A stretch of 64,000 nt of DNA, from contig PBGL02000029.1 in the NCBI GenBank assembly GCA_002718995.2, forward strand, positions 10,210 to 74,209, read 5' to 3'. Origin of the DNA: Methanobacteriota archaeon. GTDB taxonomy: Archaea; Thermoplasmatota; Poseidoniia; Poseidoniales; Thalassarchaeaceae. Of the stretch, positions 39,062 to 48,725 are shown piece after piece; position 1 is the first letter of the stretch; every line of letters starts with the position of its first letter. The notes under the pieces are model-generated. The model was not told the origin of the DNA. It searched no databases and saw only the letters and a list, made by a program, of their open reading frames with translations. A program made the translations under genes and the position numbers.

Positions 39062-40650
39062 GGCTTCACCCCCTCTGACTCCATTGCTTGAGTTAGGAAT
39101 TCGAGCATGAATCCTGAGCTCCAGTCAGACATCATGTCCCAGAAGATGAATGGTAGAATTCCGAATAGGACGGTGAAAGCGCCGAGGATAAGCATACCTG
39201 CATTCTCATGCCATGTGATGTCAGATGGGTCTTCCCCATGAAGGGACTCGGGGAGTATGCCATGGTGCGGATCGTCAGATTCGAATATGGTTTTCTGCAT
39301 CGATGTTAGGTAGTAAACAGCTGTGATAATTAGGGTCAGGGCCGGCAATAATACTAGCCATCCGAATGTCATCCAGAATGCAATTAGGATTGTGACTTCT
39401 GCTACGAATCCAGCCAACAGTGGAAGGCCAAGGCTAGCCATCCATCCGAGCATCATGTGGCCTGCGAGCCATGGACTATGGTGAGCTATGCCCCTCATGG
39501 AACCGATTTCGAGAGTGTGGTAGTGGTGTTTGAATGCTCCAGCTACTGCGAATAGTAGCGGACTGATTATCCCGTGGGCGAACATCATGAACAGTGCCCC
39601 AGCAATTCCGAGAGGCTGCATTGTGGCTATACCTAGGAAAATCAGCCCCATGTGCGATACTGAGGAGTAGGCGACCATCCTCTTCAGATTAGTCTGCCCC
39701 ATGCACACCCAAGCGCCGTAAACGAGGCTTACCATGCCTAGGAATATGAGAAGCGGAATGAATGCGATTGTGGACTCCGGAAGGGCTGTAACGGCGATTC
39801 TCAAGAAGCCGTACGCCCCCATCTTCAGCATGACCCCTGCAAGAAGCATAGATCCGGCGGTTGGGGCCTGAACGTGGGCATCGGGTAGCCATGTGTGTAC
39901 GGGAACGCTTGGCATCTTCGTAGCGAACCCTATCAGTAGCATTATCCAGACAAGATGCCTAAGGCCCTCGCTAGGAATTCCTGACGCTGAAGAAACCATG
40001 ACTCCAAGATCGAAAGTGTGGCCGGTTATTGTTCCCGAGCCGGCTACGTCCGGAGTATACAGGTACATCACAAGAATTCCGACCAGCATGACGACGCTTG
40101 CAGTGAATGTGTAGATGAAGAACTTCAGAGAAGCGTATCTCCTGTCCTCCCCTCCCCACACCATGATTAGGAAGAACATGGGGACCAGGGTTAGTTCCCA
40201 GAAGACGTAGAAGACGAACATGTCTAATGATACGAAGACCCCTATTAGCGCCCCTTCCATGACAAGAATTAGGGGGTGGAATAGATGTCCCCTCTTTGCA
40301 TCCCACTCGACTAGCATGGATATTGGAATGAGGAGCGTCGTTAGCCAAACCATGGGGAATGACAAAGCATCAATTCCCACTTTCCAAGAGACACCTATCG
40401 AAGGTATCAGGAGAAATGATTCGTTTGTTAGTGAATATCCAGAGCCATAGTTGGTCCAGTCGACATTGCCTATCTCCCCCAAGAATACCATTGTGGTGAT
40501 GGCTAGCATTGCTAGTGAAACTCCCATACTTATCGCCCTGGAGGCGCGCGCCAGACCCTCTGCTGAATCTACCAACTTGGGCAGGATGAGCAATGCCATT
40601 CCCACTGCTATCGGGGCCAGTGTAATCACGGAAAGGGGATCGTTAATCAT
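39058..40650 (-). CDS. nuoM: complex I-like subunit M
   Basis: WLPDAHVQAPTAGSMLLAGVMLKMGAYGFLR block. The ATG at 40650 forms an ATGA overlap with the nuoL stop; the track start at 40665 is also ATG. Confidence 0.9.
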   Translation of the reverse strand: MINDPLSVITLAPIAVGMALLILPKLVDSAEGLARASRAISMGVSLAMLAITTMVFLGEIGNVDWTNYGSGYSLTNESFLLIPSIGVSWKVGIDALSFPMVWLTTLLIPISMLVEWDAKRGHLFHPLILVMEGALIGVFVSLDMFVFYVFWELTLVPMFFLIMVWGGEDRRYASLKFFIYTFTASVVMLVGILVMYLYTPDVAGSGTITGHTFDLGVMVSSASGIPSEGLRHLVWIMLLIGFATKMPSVPVHTWLPDAHVQAPTAGSMLLAGVMLKMGAYGFLRIAVTALPESTIAFIPLLIFLGMVSLVYGAWVCMGQTNLKRMVAYSSVSHMGLIFLGIATMQPLGIAGALFMMFAHGIISPLLFAVAGAFKHHYHTLEIGSMRGIAHHSPWLAGHMMLGWMASLGLPLLAGFVAEVTILIAFWMTFGWLVLLPALTLIITAVYYLTSMQKTIFESDDPHHGILPESLHGEDPSDITWHENAGMLILGAFTVLFGILPFIFWDMMSDWSSGFMLEFLTQAMESEGVKP

Positions 40651-42941
40651 GAGCTGATCCCCCATACTAGAACAATGATGGAAAGCATTCCAACGGCGGT
40701 CATGAGGATGTAGTCTCGGGCACTTCCAGTTGTAAGAGTCCTAACTTGCAGGGATCCAGATACGGAGTTTGACTCGATCTGTTTGATGACCCCGTCTATG
40801 ACAGCCCTATCGAACCATGCAGCGAATGCAGCGAATGGGATAACGGTCTTTGCGAGCACACCCTCGTAAAGCTCATCGAAGTATAGCCTGTTTTCCAATG
40901 CTTCAGCGAGGTCTGATTCTGATAGAGATGTGACGTCCTGACTGCCAAACTTGCCGGAGAGGCTGACTAGCCAAGACACCACTGGGGTCGCGGACTCGCC
41001 CTTAGCGAGTTGGCCGCCGTGGACCCTGGCTGCGAAAATTGGGCCTACTATGAAAGATAGGAAAATAGTGGTCCAGCCAACTATCCTTAGATTCTGATTT
41101 TTAGGCAGGAACGCGTACTCCAGTTTGTAAATAATCGAGTCGAGTAGCGTTGATTCGTGGAGCCTTAGGTGTCCGGACCCCCCGTAGGACGAAGAGAGGT
41201 AATCTGTAGCTCCGAGCAAGGCGAATGCCATTCCGCCAAATGCGGATATTGCTGTTAGTATTATCAGTGGCTGCTTGATCCAAGGGGTTTCTTCATGGAC
41301 GTGGTTGACAACATCGCTCTTTGGCTCACCGGCGAAAGTCATGAACCACATCCTAGACATGTAGAAGCCAGTCATTCCTGCAGTGAGGAGGACTAGTATG
41401 GCTGGGCCTATCATCAGGGGCTCGTGATCCAAGGCGGCTAGCCATGTCTCAGCAATTATGCCCTCCTTGGACCAGAATCCCCCGATCAAGGGAATACCGA
41501 TTATGGACATGGAACCGACCATCATCGCGGTTGCCGTGACTGGCATCTTGGAGGCCAAGCCTCCCATATTCCGCATGTCCTGCGGATCGAAATCATGGTG
41601 TCCATCCCCGTGGTGGAGATGATCATGGGCATGGTGTACTTCGTGAATCACGGATCCGCTGGCCATGAATAGCATACCCTTTGCCATCGCGTGATTGAAT
41701 AGATGGAACATGGAAGCGCCGAAGACGACTACTGCTGCATGATGCTCGTCATGATTGTAGAACCAAAGTGCAGCGCCGAGCCCAGTGAATATGTATGCGA
41801 GTTGGCTCATGGTTGAGTACGCGAGTACTTTCTTGATGTCATTCTGGACGAAGGCGATTGCGGCTGCCATGAACGCGGTTATTCCTCCGACGTAAGCGAT
41901 GATCAGCCCTAGGTCCTCTAGGCCTGGAACGCCGTGGTGGCCAACGTCAACGAAGGGGACCATCCTAGCTACTAGGTAGAGGCCCGCATTGACCATCGTA
42001 GCCGCATGGATTAGTGCGGAGACCGGGGTTGGGCCCTCCATGGCATCAGGAAGCCAGACGTGCAGGGGGAACTGTGCTGACTTGCCAACAGCTCCAATGA
42101 ACATCATCAATAGCGCCCAGAAGAGTTGTGTGGAGTCGACTGCTCCGTGCAGGGATGGGTCGTGGAAGATCACTGAAAACTCCAGAGAGCCGTAGATGTC
42201 GTAGAGCATGAATAGCCCGACCATAAGGAAAACGTCTCCGACCCTGGTGGTTAGGAATGCTTTCTTGGCCGCATACGCTGCACTCTCCTTCCAGTAGTAG
42301 AAGCCAATTAGCAAGTATGAGCATAGCCCCATTATCTCCCAGAATATGAATAGCCAGAGGAAGTTGTCCGCCAGCACCATTCCAAACATGCCTAGGGCGA
42401 ATAGCACGAATTCTCCATAGAACCTGTGATTCCTATCGTCATTGATCGGGTCCGTGTTCATGTAGCCGAGGCTGAACCAGCAGATCAGGAAGCAAAGGAA
42501 CGTCGCAACGAAGAGGAGCATCAGTGTCAGTGAGTCGACCCATACGCCGACTCCGAGGATATTTTTGGAGGATGTCAGTGTGTAGTCAGACTGCAGGAGG
42601 TCGAAGGACACCCATTCCAACCAATGTGCGATACTGTTCTGATCACCGAAATCCGGGAGTGCGTCGAAGTAGTCGTAAACCAGCCAAATCGCTGCCATCA
42701 AGGATGTTCCAAGGGCCCCGAGAGCTAGGATCCCACCCTCCTTGAGCTTGTCCTTCCACGTCTCGTGACCGTTGTATAACTGGCCGGCGACTAGAATCAC
42801 CGGGAATGTTACGAATGGGACTGCCACAATTAGAATCGCTGATTCGGATGAGTCCCAACCCTGGCTGTGCAACGCCGGGACTATCGCTAGGAATGGGATG
42901 ATGTAGACAAGAAGTCCTAACTCGCTCTTATTTTCGCCCAT
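40647..42941 (-). CDS. nuoL: complex I-like subunit L
   Basis: WLPDAMEGPTPVSALIHAATMVNAGLYLVAR block and a long C-terminal lateral-helix region. The ATG at 42941 is preceded by GGTG; the track start at 42947 is GTG. Confidence 0.9.
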   Translation of the reverse strand: MGENKSELGLLVYIIPFLAIVPALHSQGWDSSESAILIVAVPFVTFPVILVAGQLYNGHETWKDKLKEGGILALGALGTSLMAAIWLVYDYFDALPDFGDQNSIAHWLEWVSFDLLQSDYTLTSSKNILGVGVWVDSLTLMLLFVATFLCFLICWFSLGYMNTDPINDDRNHRFYGEFVLFALGMFGMVLADNFLWLFIFWEIMGLCSYLLIGFYYWKESAAYAAKKAFLTTRVGDVFLMVGLFMLYDIYGSLEFSVIFHDPSLHGAVDSTQLFWALLMMFIGAVGKSAQFPLHVWLPDAMEGPTPVSALIHAATMVNAGLYLVARMVPFVDVGHHGVPGLEDLGLIIAYVGGITAFMAAAIAFVQNDIKKVLAYSTMSQLAYIFTGLGAALWFYNHDEHHAAVVVFGASMFHLFNHAMAKGMLFMASGSVIHEVHHAHDHLHHGDGHHDFDPQDMRNMGGLASKMPVTATAMMVGSMSIIGIPLIGGFWSKEGIIAETWLAALDHEPLMIGPAILVLLTAGMTGFYMSRMWFMTFAGEPKSDVVNHVHEETPWIKQPLIILTAISAFGGMAFALLGATDYLSSSYGGSGHLRLHESTLLDSIIYKLEYAFLPKNQNLRIVGWTTIFLSFIVGPIFAARVHGGQLAKGESATPVVSWLVSLSGKFGSQDVTSLSESDLAEALENRLYFDELYEGVLAKTVIPFAAFAAWFDRAVIDGVIKQIESNSVSGSLQVRTLTTGSARDYILMTAVGMLSIIVLVWGISS

Positions 42942-42950
42942 TGTCACACC

Positions 42951-43253
42951 TCAGTTTTTCAGGATGTTCGCCTCATCTAGAGAGATTGTCTCTTGTGTGC
43001 TGTATAGTGAGAGGAAGATTGCCAGACCGATTGCAACCTCTGCCGCTGCTATTGCGATAGCTATTGCTGTGAATACCCACCCATCAGATCCGCCCCAGTA
43101 CATGACCCCGGCAACGAAGTTCAGATTAGCGGCGTTGAGCATGACCTCGATGCACATTAGGACCACTATGGCGTTCTTTCTCGAGAATGCACCTATGAGG
43201 CCGATTCCGAAGAGAATCACTCCGAGACCTGCTATCCAGCTTGGGTCAATCAT
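42951..43253 (-). CDS. nuoK: complex I-like subunit K
   Basis: 100 aa, three TM helices, conserved Glu in helices (CIEVMLNAANL; AAAEVAIGLA). Confidence 0.9.
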   Translation of the reverse strand: MIDPSWIAGLGVILFGIGLIGAFSRKNAIVVLMCIEVMLNAANLNFVAGVMYWGGSDGWVFTAIAIAIAAAEVAIGLAIFLSLYSTQETISLDEANILKN

Positions 43254-43522
43254 TGGTCTTCCCCTCCCATATCCCAGACCAAATTAATCAGCCTCTCGTC
43301 GCGAACTAGGTAGGAAGCCCCAATCATCGCCATAGCCAGAAGGGCACCCAGAACGATTGTGGCCACTGCCCATTCGTCGAACAATGCATTTGCCATATCC
43401 AGTGTGGATGGTTGTGGTGCTTCCTCGATAGCTGGCCAGTTAGCAGGATCCATTGTCTCTCTCAGGAGCACTAGGACGAAGGCAACGACCCCTAGCCTAG
43501 TCGCTGTGGAAATGAACCTCAT
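43250..43522 (-). CDS. nuoJ: complex I-like subunit J, C-terminal half (NuoJ2)
   Basis: 90 aa. ANALFDEWAVATIVLGALLAMAMIGASYLVRDE matches the NuoJ C-terminal helix pattern. ATGA overlaps on both sides. Confidence 0.7.
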   Translation of the reverse strand: MRFISTATRLGVVAFVLVLLRETMDPANWPAIEEAPQPSTLDMANALFDEWAVATIVLGALLAMAMIGASYLVRDERLINLVWDMGGEDQ

Positions 43523-43788
43523 TCTATGTCGCCCTCCTGGATTTGCTTCCTTGTGAGCATTACCCCGAACTGCACTACGAGCATGACGGAGCCCAAGTAG
43601 ACCAGGATTTGGATGGCGGCTAGCATCTCTGCACTGGCGAGGACAAAGATTCCCGCGACGCCGAAGAAGGTAAGCATCAGGAAGAGTAGTGAGTGGGCGA
43701 CCCTTCTTCCATAAACGCAGCCAATCGCTCCGCCAACTGTTACAGCTGAGAGGATAACGAACACCAGTGCCTCGAAGTCGAGTCCCAT
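43519..43788 (-). CDS. nuoJ: complex I-like subunit J, N-terminal half (NuoJ1)
   Basis: 89 aa, three TM helices. AEMLAAIQILVYLGSVMLVVQFGVML is the typical NuoJ TM3 region. Confidence 0.8.
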   Translation of the reverse strand: MGLDFEALVFVILSAVTVGGAIGCVYGRRVAHSLLFLMLTFFGVAGIFVLASAEMLAAIQILVYLGSVMLVVQFGVMLTRKQIQEGDIE

Positions 43789-43791
43789 AGC

Positions 43792-44754
43792 TTATGCCTC
43801 CGCCTGCGCCTTGGCAGCCTTTCGCTCTCTCTTCTTGAGCTCCTTCTCAGCACGCTTGGCGAGCTCCATGTCAACCCGTTCCTTGTGAGTTGATGGCAGT
43901 ACTCTGGTTCGATCTGCATCCATCCAGAGGTCCTGGCGGGAGAATCCTGACATCCCATCATACTCATTGGTCATGAAGAACGATTCGAATGGGCATGACT
44001 CCATGCAAAGGCCGCAGAACATGCACCTCCCGAGATCTATTCTTCCGGAGACTATGTCCTTCTCAGCTGGCTTCAGGTCAGAGGTGTCTAGGGTCTCTAC
44101 TCCCGAGCCGTCCATCCAACGAACGGTAGCCTTGTCGCCTGTGAGGTCGATTACCTCCGCAAAGTCATACTCAGACGGAGCGGCCGTATGTTCTGTCATG
44201 AGGTCGAAGTCTTCCGCTCCGGAATCGTCCCTAGGCCGAGCTGCATATCCGCCCTCCTCAACTTCACTTCCGTAGCCGTGCCATTCATCTCCTTCTTCTG
44301 CGGTGTCAAGGACGTTCACTCGAACTTCTGATGTCATGTGAAGGCAGTCATTAGGGCAAGCTCTGACACAGGCCTTGCACGCGGTGCATGTCTCCCAGAT
44401 CACTCCAATCCTACCGTTGTAGTTGCCCGGGACGAATAGCCAAGGTTCCAGGTCCTCTAGCCTCTCGTACGGATACATCACAGTGACTGGCCTTTCCAGG
44501 AACGGCATAATCTGGCTAGTCTCCCTGTCTGCTGCGAACTTCTGACCGACACTTGGATGGTCTTCGCCGACTCTCTGCATGGTGGTTGCATCCACCATCT
44601 TCTCGTACTCCCCGTGGTAGCTGTTCCTGAGGAAATTGAGTCGGCCTAGGAATGGCACGGTTCGCAAAGCTGTCTTGAGAGTCATCCACATTGGACGTAT
44701 GACTAGATTCCTAAAATTAGGTGTGGCTCTCGGGTGTCCTGTGTTGTACTTCAT
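43792..44754 (-). CDS. nuoI: complex I-like subunit I (2x[4Fe-4S] ferredoxin subunit), expanded form
   Basis: TVMYPYE entry motif, CTACKACVRACP and CMFCGLCMESCP cluster motifs. 320 aa versus 180 aa in E. coli. Confidence 0.85.
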   Translation of the reverse strand: MKYNTGHPRATPNFRNLVIRPMWMTLKTALRTVPFLGRLNFLRNSYHGEYEKMVDATTMQRVGEDHPSVGQKFAADRETSQIMPFLERPVTVMYPYERLEDLEPWLFVPGNYNGRIGVIWETCTACKACVRACPNDCLHMTSEVRVNVLDTAEEGDEWHGYGSEVEEGGYAARPRDDSGAEDFDLMTEHTAAPSEYDFAEVIDLTGDKATVRWMDGSGVETLDTSDLKPAEKDIVSGRIDLGRCMFCGLCMESCPFESFFMTNEYDGMSGFSRQDLWMDADRTRVLPSTHKERVDMELAKRAEKELKKRERKAAKAQAEA

Positions 44755-44767
44755 TCTATTTCCCCCT

Positions 44768-46303
44768 CTAATCCCTATGGCTCCCTGGTGAAGCCTTGAT
44801 CACCGCTTGAGTACTATACGGGCGACTCTGCAGATCCAAAGCTTCCTCGTCTTCGTCCATGAGGTATATCACGAAAAGAATCAGTGACACGGCAGATACT
44901 AATGCTGGGACCCACAAGTCCCAGTTTCCTCCATGGTAGTGCTCCAACCTTAGGTATATTGAAACTACGAGATGTAGCATTGATAGTGGTAGTAGGTACC
45001 TCCATCCAAATTCGAGTATCTGGTCTGTTCTTACCCTGTGGAGAGAAGCCCTAATCCAGACAAAGACGGCGAATAGGAGCCATGCTTTCAGTAGCACCCA
45101 GACGAGTCCGGGAATGAGCCCGAAGATTGTTGAGAAGACTGTTCCGATGGTCGGTAAGTCTGAGAGTGTGTGCTGGAAGGGGGCCTCCCACCCCCCTAGG
45201 AAGAAGAGTGCGAACAGTATGCACGCTGCGTATGACCGCATGTATTCCGCGGAGAACATCAGCCCCCAGCGAATTCCGCCATACTCTGTCCACCATCCTT
45301 CTACAAGTTCGGCCTCGGCCTCTGGCATGTCGAATGGGATTCTCTCGACTTCGGCGATCATAGTAACTAGGAATAGTGCGGCACCCAGAGGCATCAGGAA
45401 GATATTCCAGACGTTCCCCTGTTCTTGTCCCATTTGGAAGTCTACAATCTCGATGATGTTGAGTGATCCACTGAGCACGGCCACTCCTAGTACGGTAATC
45501 AGGAGTGGTATCTCGTAAGCTGTAAGTTGGGCAGCGGACCTCATTCCCCCAATCAGTGTATACTTGTTATTGGAGGCCCATCCAGCGAAGAATACGCCAA
45601 GCGGGGCCACACCGAATATGGCCATCATGAAGAGGAGGGAGAGGTCTGGGTTTGCTGCATAGATGTGAGGCCCGAAGGGGACGAATGCGAATACCATCAC
45701 GGTTGTAGAGACGATGATTACTGGTGCTACCTCGAATACTACCCTGTCCGCATCCTTCGGTACGAGGTGTTCCTTAGTCGCGAATTTGAAGAAGTCGGCG
45801 AACGCTTGGAAGAATCCGGGCAGTAGGAACCAATATCCATGGTAACTCCTGTTGTTGACCCTAGATACGGTCTCTAATTCGTGATCGTTACCCCAATTGG
45901 CATTTAGGGCTTTGACGACCCATCCGATGGGAGTTCCAATACCAAGGGGAAGTTGATTCCACCATTCTCCAGCAGTCACTCCGCTCTCTCCGACCCAGAG
46001 GCTCCTGAGAGTTGTAGTCGCACCTAATCTGTCCATCAGTCGACCGATGAATTTCCTCTCAATGTAGGGTATTGCGAGCATGGTTAGCATCAGGGTTGTG
46101 AATACCACTGTGCACATTATCGTTGCATGGAAGAAGGCCTCCAACGCAGGCTGTATTGATGCAAATCCTGATTGCGGGTTTACTGAACCCAGTGGACCGA
46201 GGCTGTAGTCTGAATCTGGGAGGAGGTCATGGGTTTGATCCATTGACCAGCCAATGGATGACTCGAACCATCCGCGCAGATCCAGCCAATCACTACTCGT
46301 CAC
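44768..46303 (-). CDS. nuoH: complex I-like subunit H, expanded form
   Basis: ERKFIGRLMDRLG, FADFFKF..KE, AEVERIPFDMPEAEAELVEG, SAEYMRSYA...FFLGGW motifs. 511 aa versus 325 aa in E. coli. Confidence 0.85.
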   Translation of the reverse strand: MTSSDWLDLRGWFESSIGWSMDQTHDLLPDSDYSLGPLGSVNPQSGFASIQPALEAFFHATIMCTVVFTTLMLTMLAIPYIERKFIGRLMDRLGATTTLRSLWVGESGVTAGEWWNQLPLGIGTPIGWVVKALNANWGNDHELETVSRVNNRSYHGYWFLLPGFFQAFADFFKFATKEHLVPKDADRVVFEVAPVIIVSTTVMVFAFVPFGPHIYAANPDLSLLFMMAIFGVAPLGVFFAGWASNNKYTLIGGMRSAAQLTAYEIPLLITVLGVAVLSGSLNIIEIVDFQMGQEQGNVWNIFLMPLGAALFLVTMIAEVERIPFDMPEAEAELVEGWWTEYGGIRWGLMFSAEYMRSYAACILFALFFLGGWEAPFQHTLSDLPTIGTVFSTIFGLIPGLVWVLLKAWLLFAVFVWIRASLHRVRTDQILEFGWRYLLPLSMLHLVVSIYLRLEHYHGGNWDLWVPALVSAVSLILFVIYLMDEDEEALDLQSRPYSTQAVIKASPGSHRD

Positions 46304-46307
46304 ACTA

Positions 46308-47444
46308 TCACCTATCCGTTTCTCCGATGCATGGGTCGAAGGACCCCATTATTGCAGGAATGTCAGCCACCTTGTATCCAATCATGCACTTCGAGGCATA
46401 AGGAATCGTGATGAACATGGGCGATCTGATTGACACCCTGTATGGGTTCTTACCCCTGCTCTCCCCGCCCCCTGCGATATAGAACATTGATTCTCCTCTG
46501 CTGTCCTCAAAGTGATGGTATCCACTTGTTCCCTCGGGAGCTCTGCTGGGTGCTTTTGCCAGTAGCTTTCGATCTCCCGGCTCGTGGTAAGTATCTGATC
46601 CACCTGGTAGCTTTTCCATAGCCTGTAGGACCAAGAGTGCACTCACTCTCATCTCCTCAACCCTTACTCTGTACCTATCATAACAGTCGGCGCCTTTGAT
46701 TGAGGACCTCTCCACAGGAGGTTCCCAATCTAATTCACTGTAAACCGAGTAAGGATGTGCCCACCTGACGTCGTGGTTGACCCCTCCTGCTCGGAGATTT
46801 GGGCCTGAAACGCCGTGGTTGATCATCTCCTCCGGCTTAGCATACCCAACCCCCTGGGTCCTGACTAGGAAAACTGTGCTTTCATCGAAGAGGGCCTCAT
46901 ACTCCTGTATTCTCTGGAGGAAAAGATGGAGTTTTGATCGGGCTCTTTGTACGAATCCATGCGGAAGGTCTCTCTTGACTCCTCCAATACGTGGGAAGTT
47001 GTAGTGCATCCTGGATCCTCCGAGCTCCTGCAGAAGATCCATCATCATCTCCCTCTCCCTCAGGCACCAAACCATTACTGAGAGATTACCGGTATCTGGC
47101 CCGTAAGCACCCATCCACATGAGGTGCGATGCAATCCTCTGGAGCTCTACTGCGATGAGGCGAATATATTCTGCACGTTCTGGGACTTCCACTCCAAGGA
47201 GGTCCTCGGCTGCGTAGATGTATGAATGGGACCACGTATTGGCGCTTGCATAGCAAAGTCTGTCGCAATATGTCGTAATTTGTGTGAAGTCCCTAGTCTC
47301 GCAAATCTTCTCCACGCCCCTGTGGATATAGCCCAAGTCAGGGACCGTGTCAACCACTGTCTCGCCGTCAACCTTGATCTTCAATGTCCACAAGCCATGC
47401 GTCATTGGGTGCTGAGGACCCATTGAAATCCACATTTCTGCCAT
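46308..47444 (-). CDS. nuoD: complex I-like subunit D (NiFe-hydrogenase large-subunit-like)
   Basis: MGPQHPMTHG start block, RIASHLMW, C-terminal DPCIGETDR. Confidence 0.9.
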   Translation of the reverse strand: MAEMWISMGPQHPMTHGLWTLKIKVDGETVVDTVPDLGYIHRGVEKICETRDFTQITTYCDRLCYASANTWSHSYIYAAEDLLGVEVPERAEYIRLIAVELQRIASHLMWMGAYGPDTGNLSVMVWCLREREMMMDLLQELGGSRMHYNFPRIGGVKRDLPHGFVQRARSKLHLFLQRIQEYEALFDESTVFLVRTQGVGYAKPEEMINHGVSGPNLRAGGVNHDVRWAHPYSVYSELDWEPPVERSSIKGADCYDRYRVRVEEMRVSALLVLQAMEKLPGGSDTYHEPGDRKLLAKAPSRAPEGTSGYHHFEDSRGESMFYIAGGGESRGKNPYRVSIRSPMFITIPYASKCMIGYKVADIPAIMGSFDPCIGETDR

Positions 47445-47453
47445 ACTCTAACC

Positions 47454-48113
47454 TCACTTTACCTTACCAATGTCATCTGGCTTCCGACCGAAGCCCTGCG
47501 GGTCATCGTACATCTCTTCAAATTCATGATACCTCAAATTGTGATGCCTTTGGAGTGGGTGGTATCCAGTGGGCGTTTCATGGGGTTGCAAAACCCTCCT
47601 CATCCCAACGTGGCCATCGAAATCTATGCCAACAAGGTCCCAGGTCTCCTTCTCATTCCAGTCAGCGCCGACCCAGATGTCCTGAATGCTAGCTACTGAG
47701 GGAGTTCTGGTATCTGGAAGCCTTATGCTAACTTCTATTTCCAGAGGGACTTCTTTGCCCTTCACACCATTTGGATCCGTAACGATTGGCTGAAGGACTC
47801 CGTCAATAGATGGTGGATTCTTCACTCCGGTTCTTAGGAAGTGGTAGATCACCTCCCACTTCTTTTCGTCCGGTCCTTCGGGCCAGTGAATCCCGGTAAT
47901 CATCGAGCAGTAGTCAACTAAGTGTGTCTTGCTTAGCTTCTCAGCGAGGTTTCTCCAGTTTTCTGGCTCACAGACCACTGAAACAGTCCATCGTGACTTC
48001 GTTCCACTGGATCTTTCTAGTGGCTCCGCTTCAACACCCTTCATCTTCGAGATAGCATTGCAGAGCTTCTCGGCCGATGCCTTTTGAGTCGAAGTTGGAA
48101 CTACTCTGCCCAT
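47454..48113 (-). CDS. nuoC: complex I-like subunit C
   Basis: Position between nuoB and nuoD. The DWNEKETWDLVGIDFDGH and HPLQR blocks are typical of the 30-kDa subunit. Confidence 0.85.
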   Translation of the reverse strand: MGRVVPTSTQKASAEKLCNAISKMKGVEAEPLERSSGTKSRWTVSVVCEPENWRNLAEKLSKTHLVDYCSMITGIHWPEGPDEKKWEVIYHFLRTGVKNPPSIDGVLQPIVTDPNGVKGKEVPLEIEVSIRLPDTRTPSVASIQDIWVGADWNEKETWDLVGIDFDGHVGMRRVLQPHETPTGYHPLQRHHNLRYHEFEEMYDDPQGFGRKPDDIGKVK

Positions 48114-48122
48114 TCAAACGCC

Positions 48123-48716
48123 TCACAAATCTCCGGTAATCAAAGGCCTCTGGGTAGCTGGCCTGTCGCTACTGGGCGTAGCACCAATTCTGATTATTTT
48201 CTGACGTAACTTATCGAATCCATCGATTAGGGCCTCGGGCCTTGGAGGGCACCCGGGGATGTAAACATCTACTGGAATTACCGTGTCAACTCCCTCAAGG
48301 ATGTTGTATGACTGGAAGTATGGCCCTCCAGAAATTGCGCATTCTCCCATGGCTATGCACCACTTCGGTTCCGGCATCTGCTCCCATAGCCTAACTATTG
48401 GGTCAGCGAACTTCTTGCTGATTGGCCCGTTGACGAGAAGTACGTCGCACTGACGTGGGCTGGATCTGAAGAAAACACCGAATCTCTCTGCATCGAATCT
48501 ACTAGCTCCAGCAGCGGCCATCTCAAGGGCACAGCACTTTATCCCCAAGTGTAGCGGGAACAACGACTTCCTCTGACCCCAGTTGAAAATCCTGCCTGCG
48601 AGAACTCCGATTATGTCTTTGATTCGACTCGCCTTGAGTGCTTCATCCGTTACATCGCCGACCGTGTCAACCAGCATCCTGCTATTGAAAACTGCATAAT
48701 TCTGATCGTCCGACAA
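48123..48716 (-). CDS. nuoB: complex I-like subunit B (N2 cluster subunit)
   Basis: Cys ligand motifs GIKCCALEM, MGECAISGGPY, IPGCPPRPEAL. Confidence 0.9.
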   Translation of the reverse strand: MSDDQNYAVFNSRMLVDTVGDVTDEALKASRIKDIIGVLAGRIFNWGQRKSLFPLHLGIKCCALEMAAAGASRFDAERFGVFFRSSPRQCDVLLVNGPISKKFADPIVRLWEQMPEPKWCIAMGECAISGGPYFQSYNILEGVDTVIPVDVYIPGCPPRPEALIDGFDKLRQKIIRIGATPSSDRPATQRPLITGDL

Positions 48717-48725
48717 TTCCTCACC

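Noticed and set aside
38016-39110. 163-aa minus-strand and 209-aa plus-strand ORFs inside nuoN
   Set aside because: They are alternative-frame or antisense ORFs within a gene carrying clear NuoN motifs. The Arg/Gly-rich or Ser-rich compositions are typical of out-of-frame translation.
43519-43522. nuoJ split into two ~90-aa ORFs: possible frameshift
   Set aside because: The junction is a clean ATGA stop/start overlap like the others in this operon. Split nuoJ1/nuoJ2 genes are known in other archaea (for example haloarchaea).
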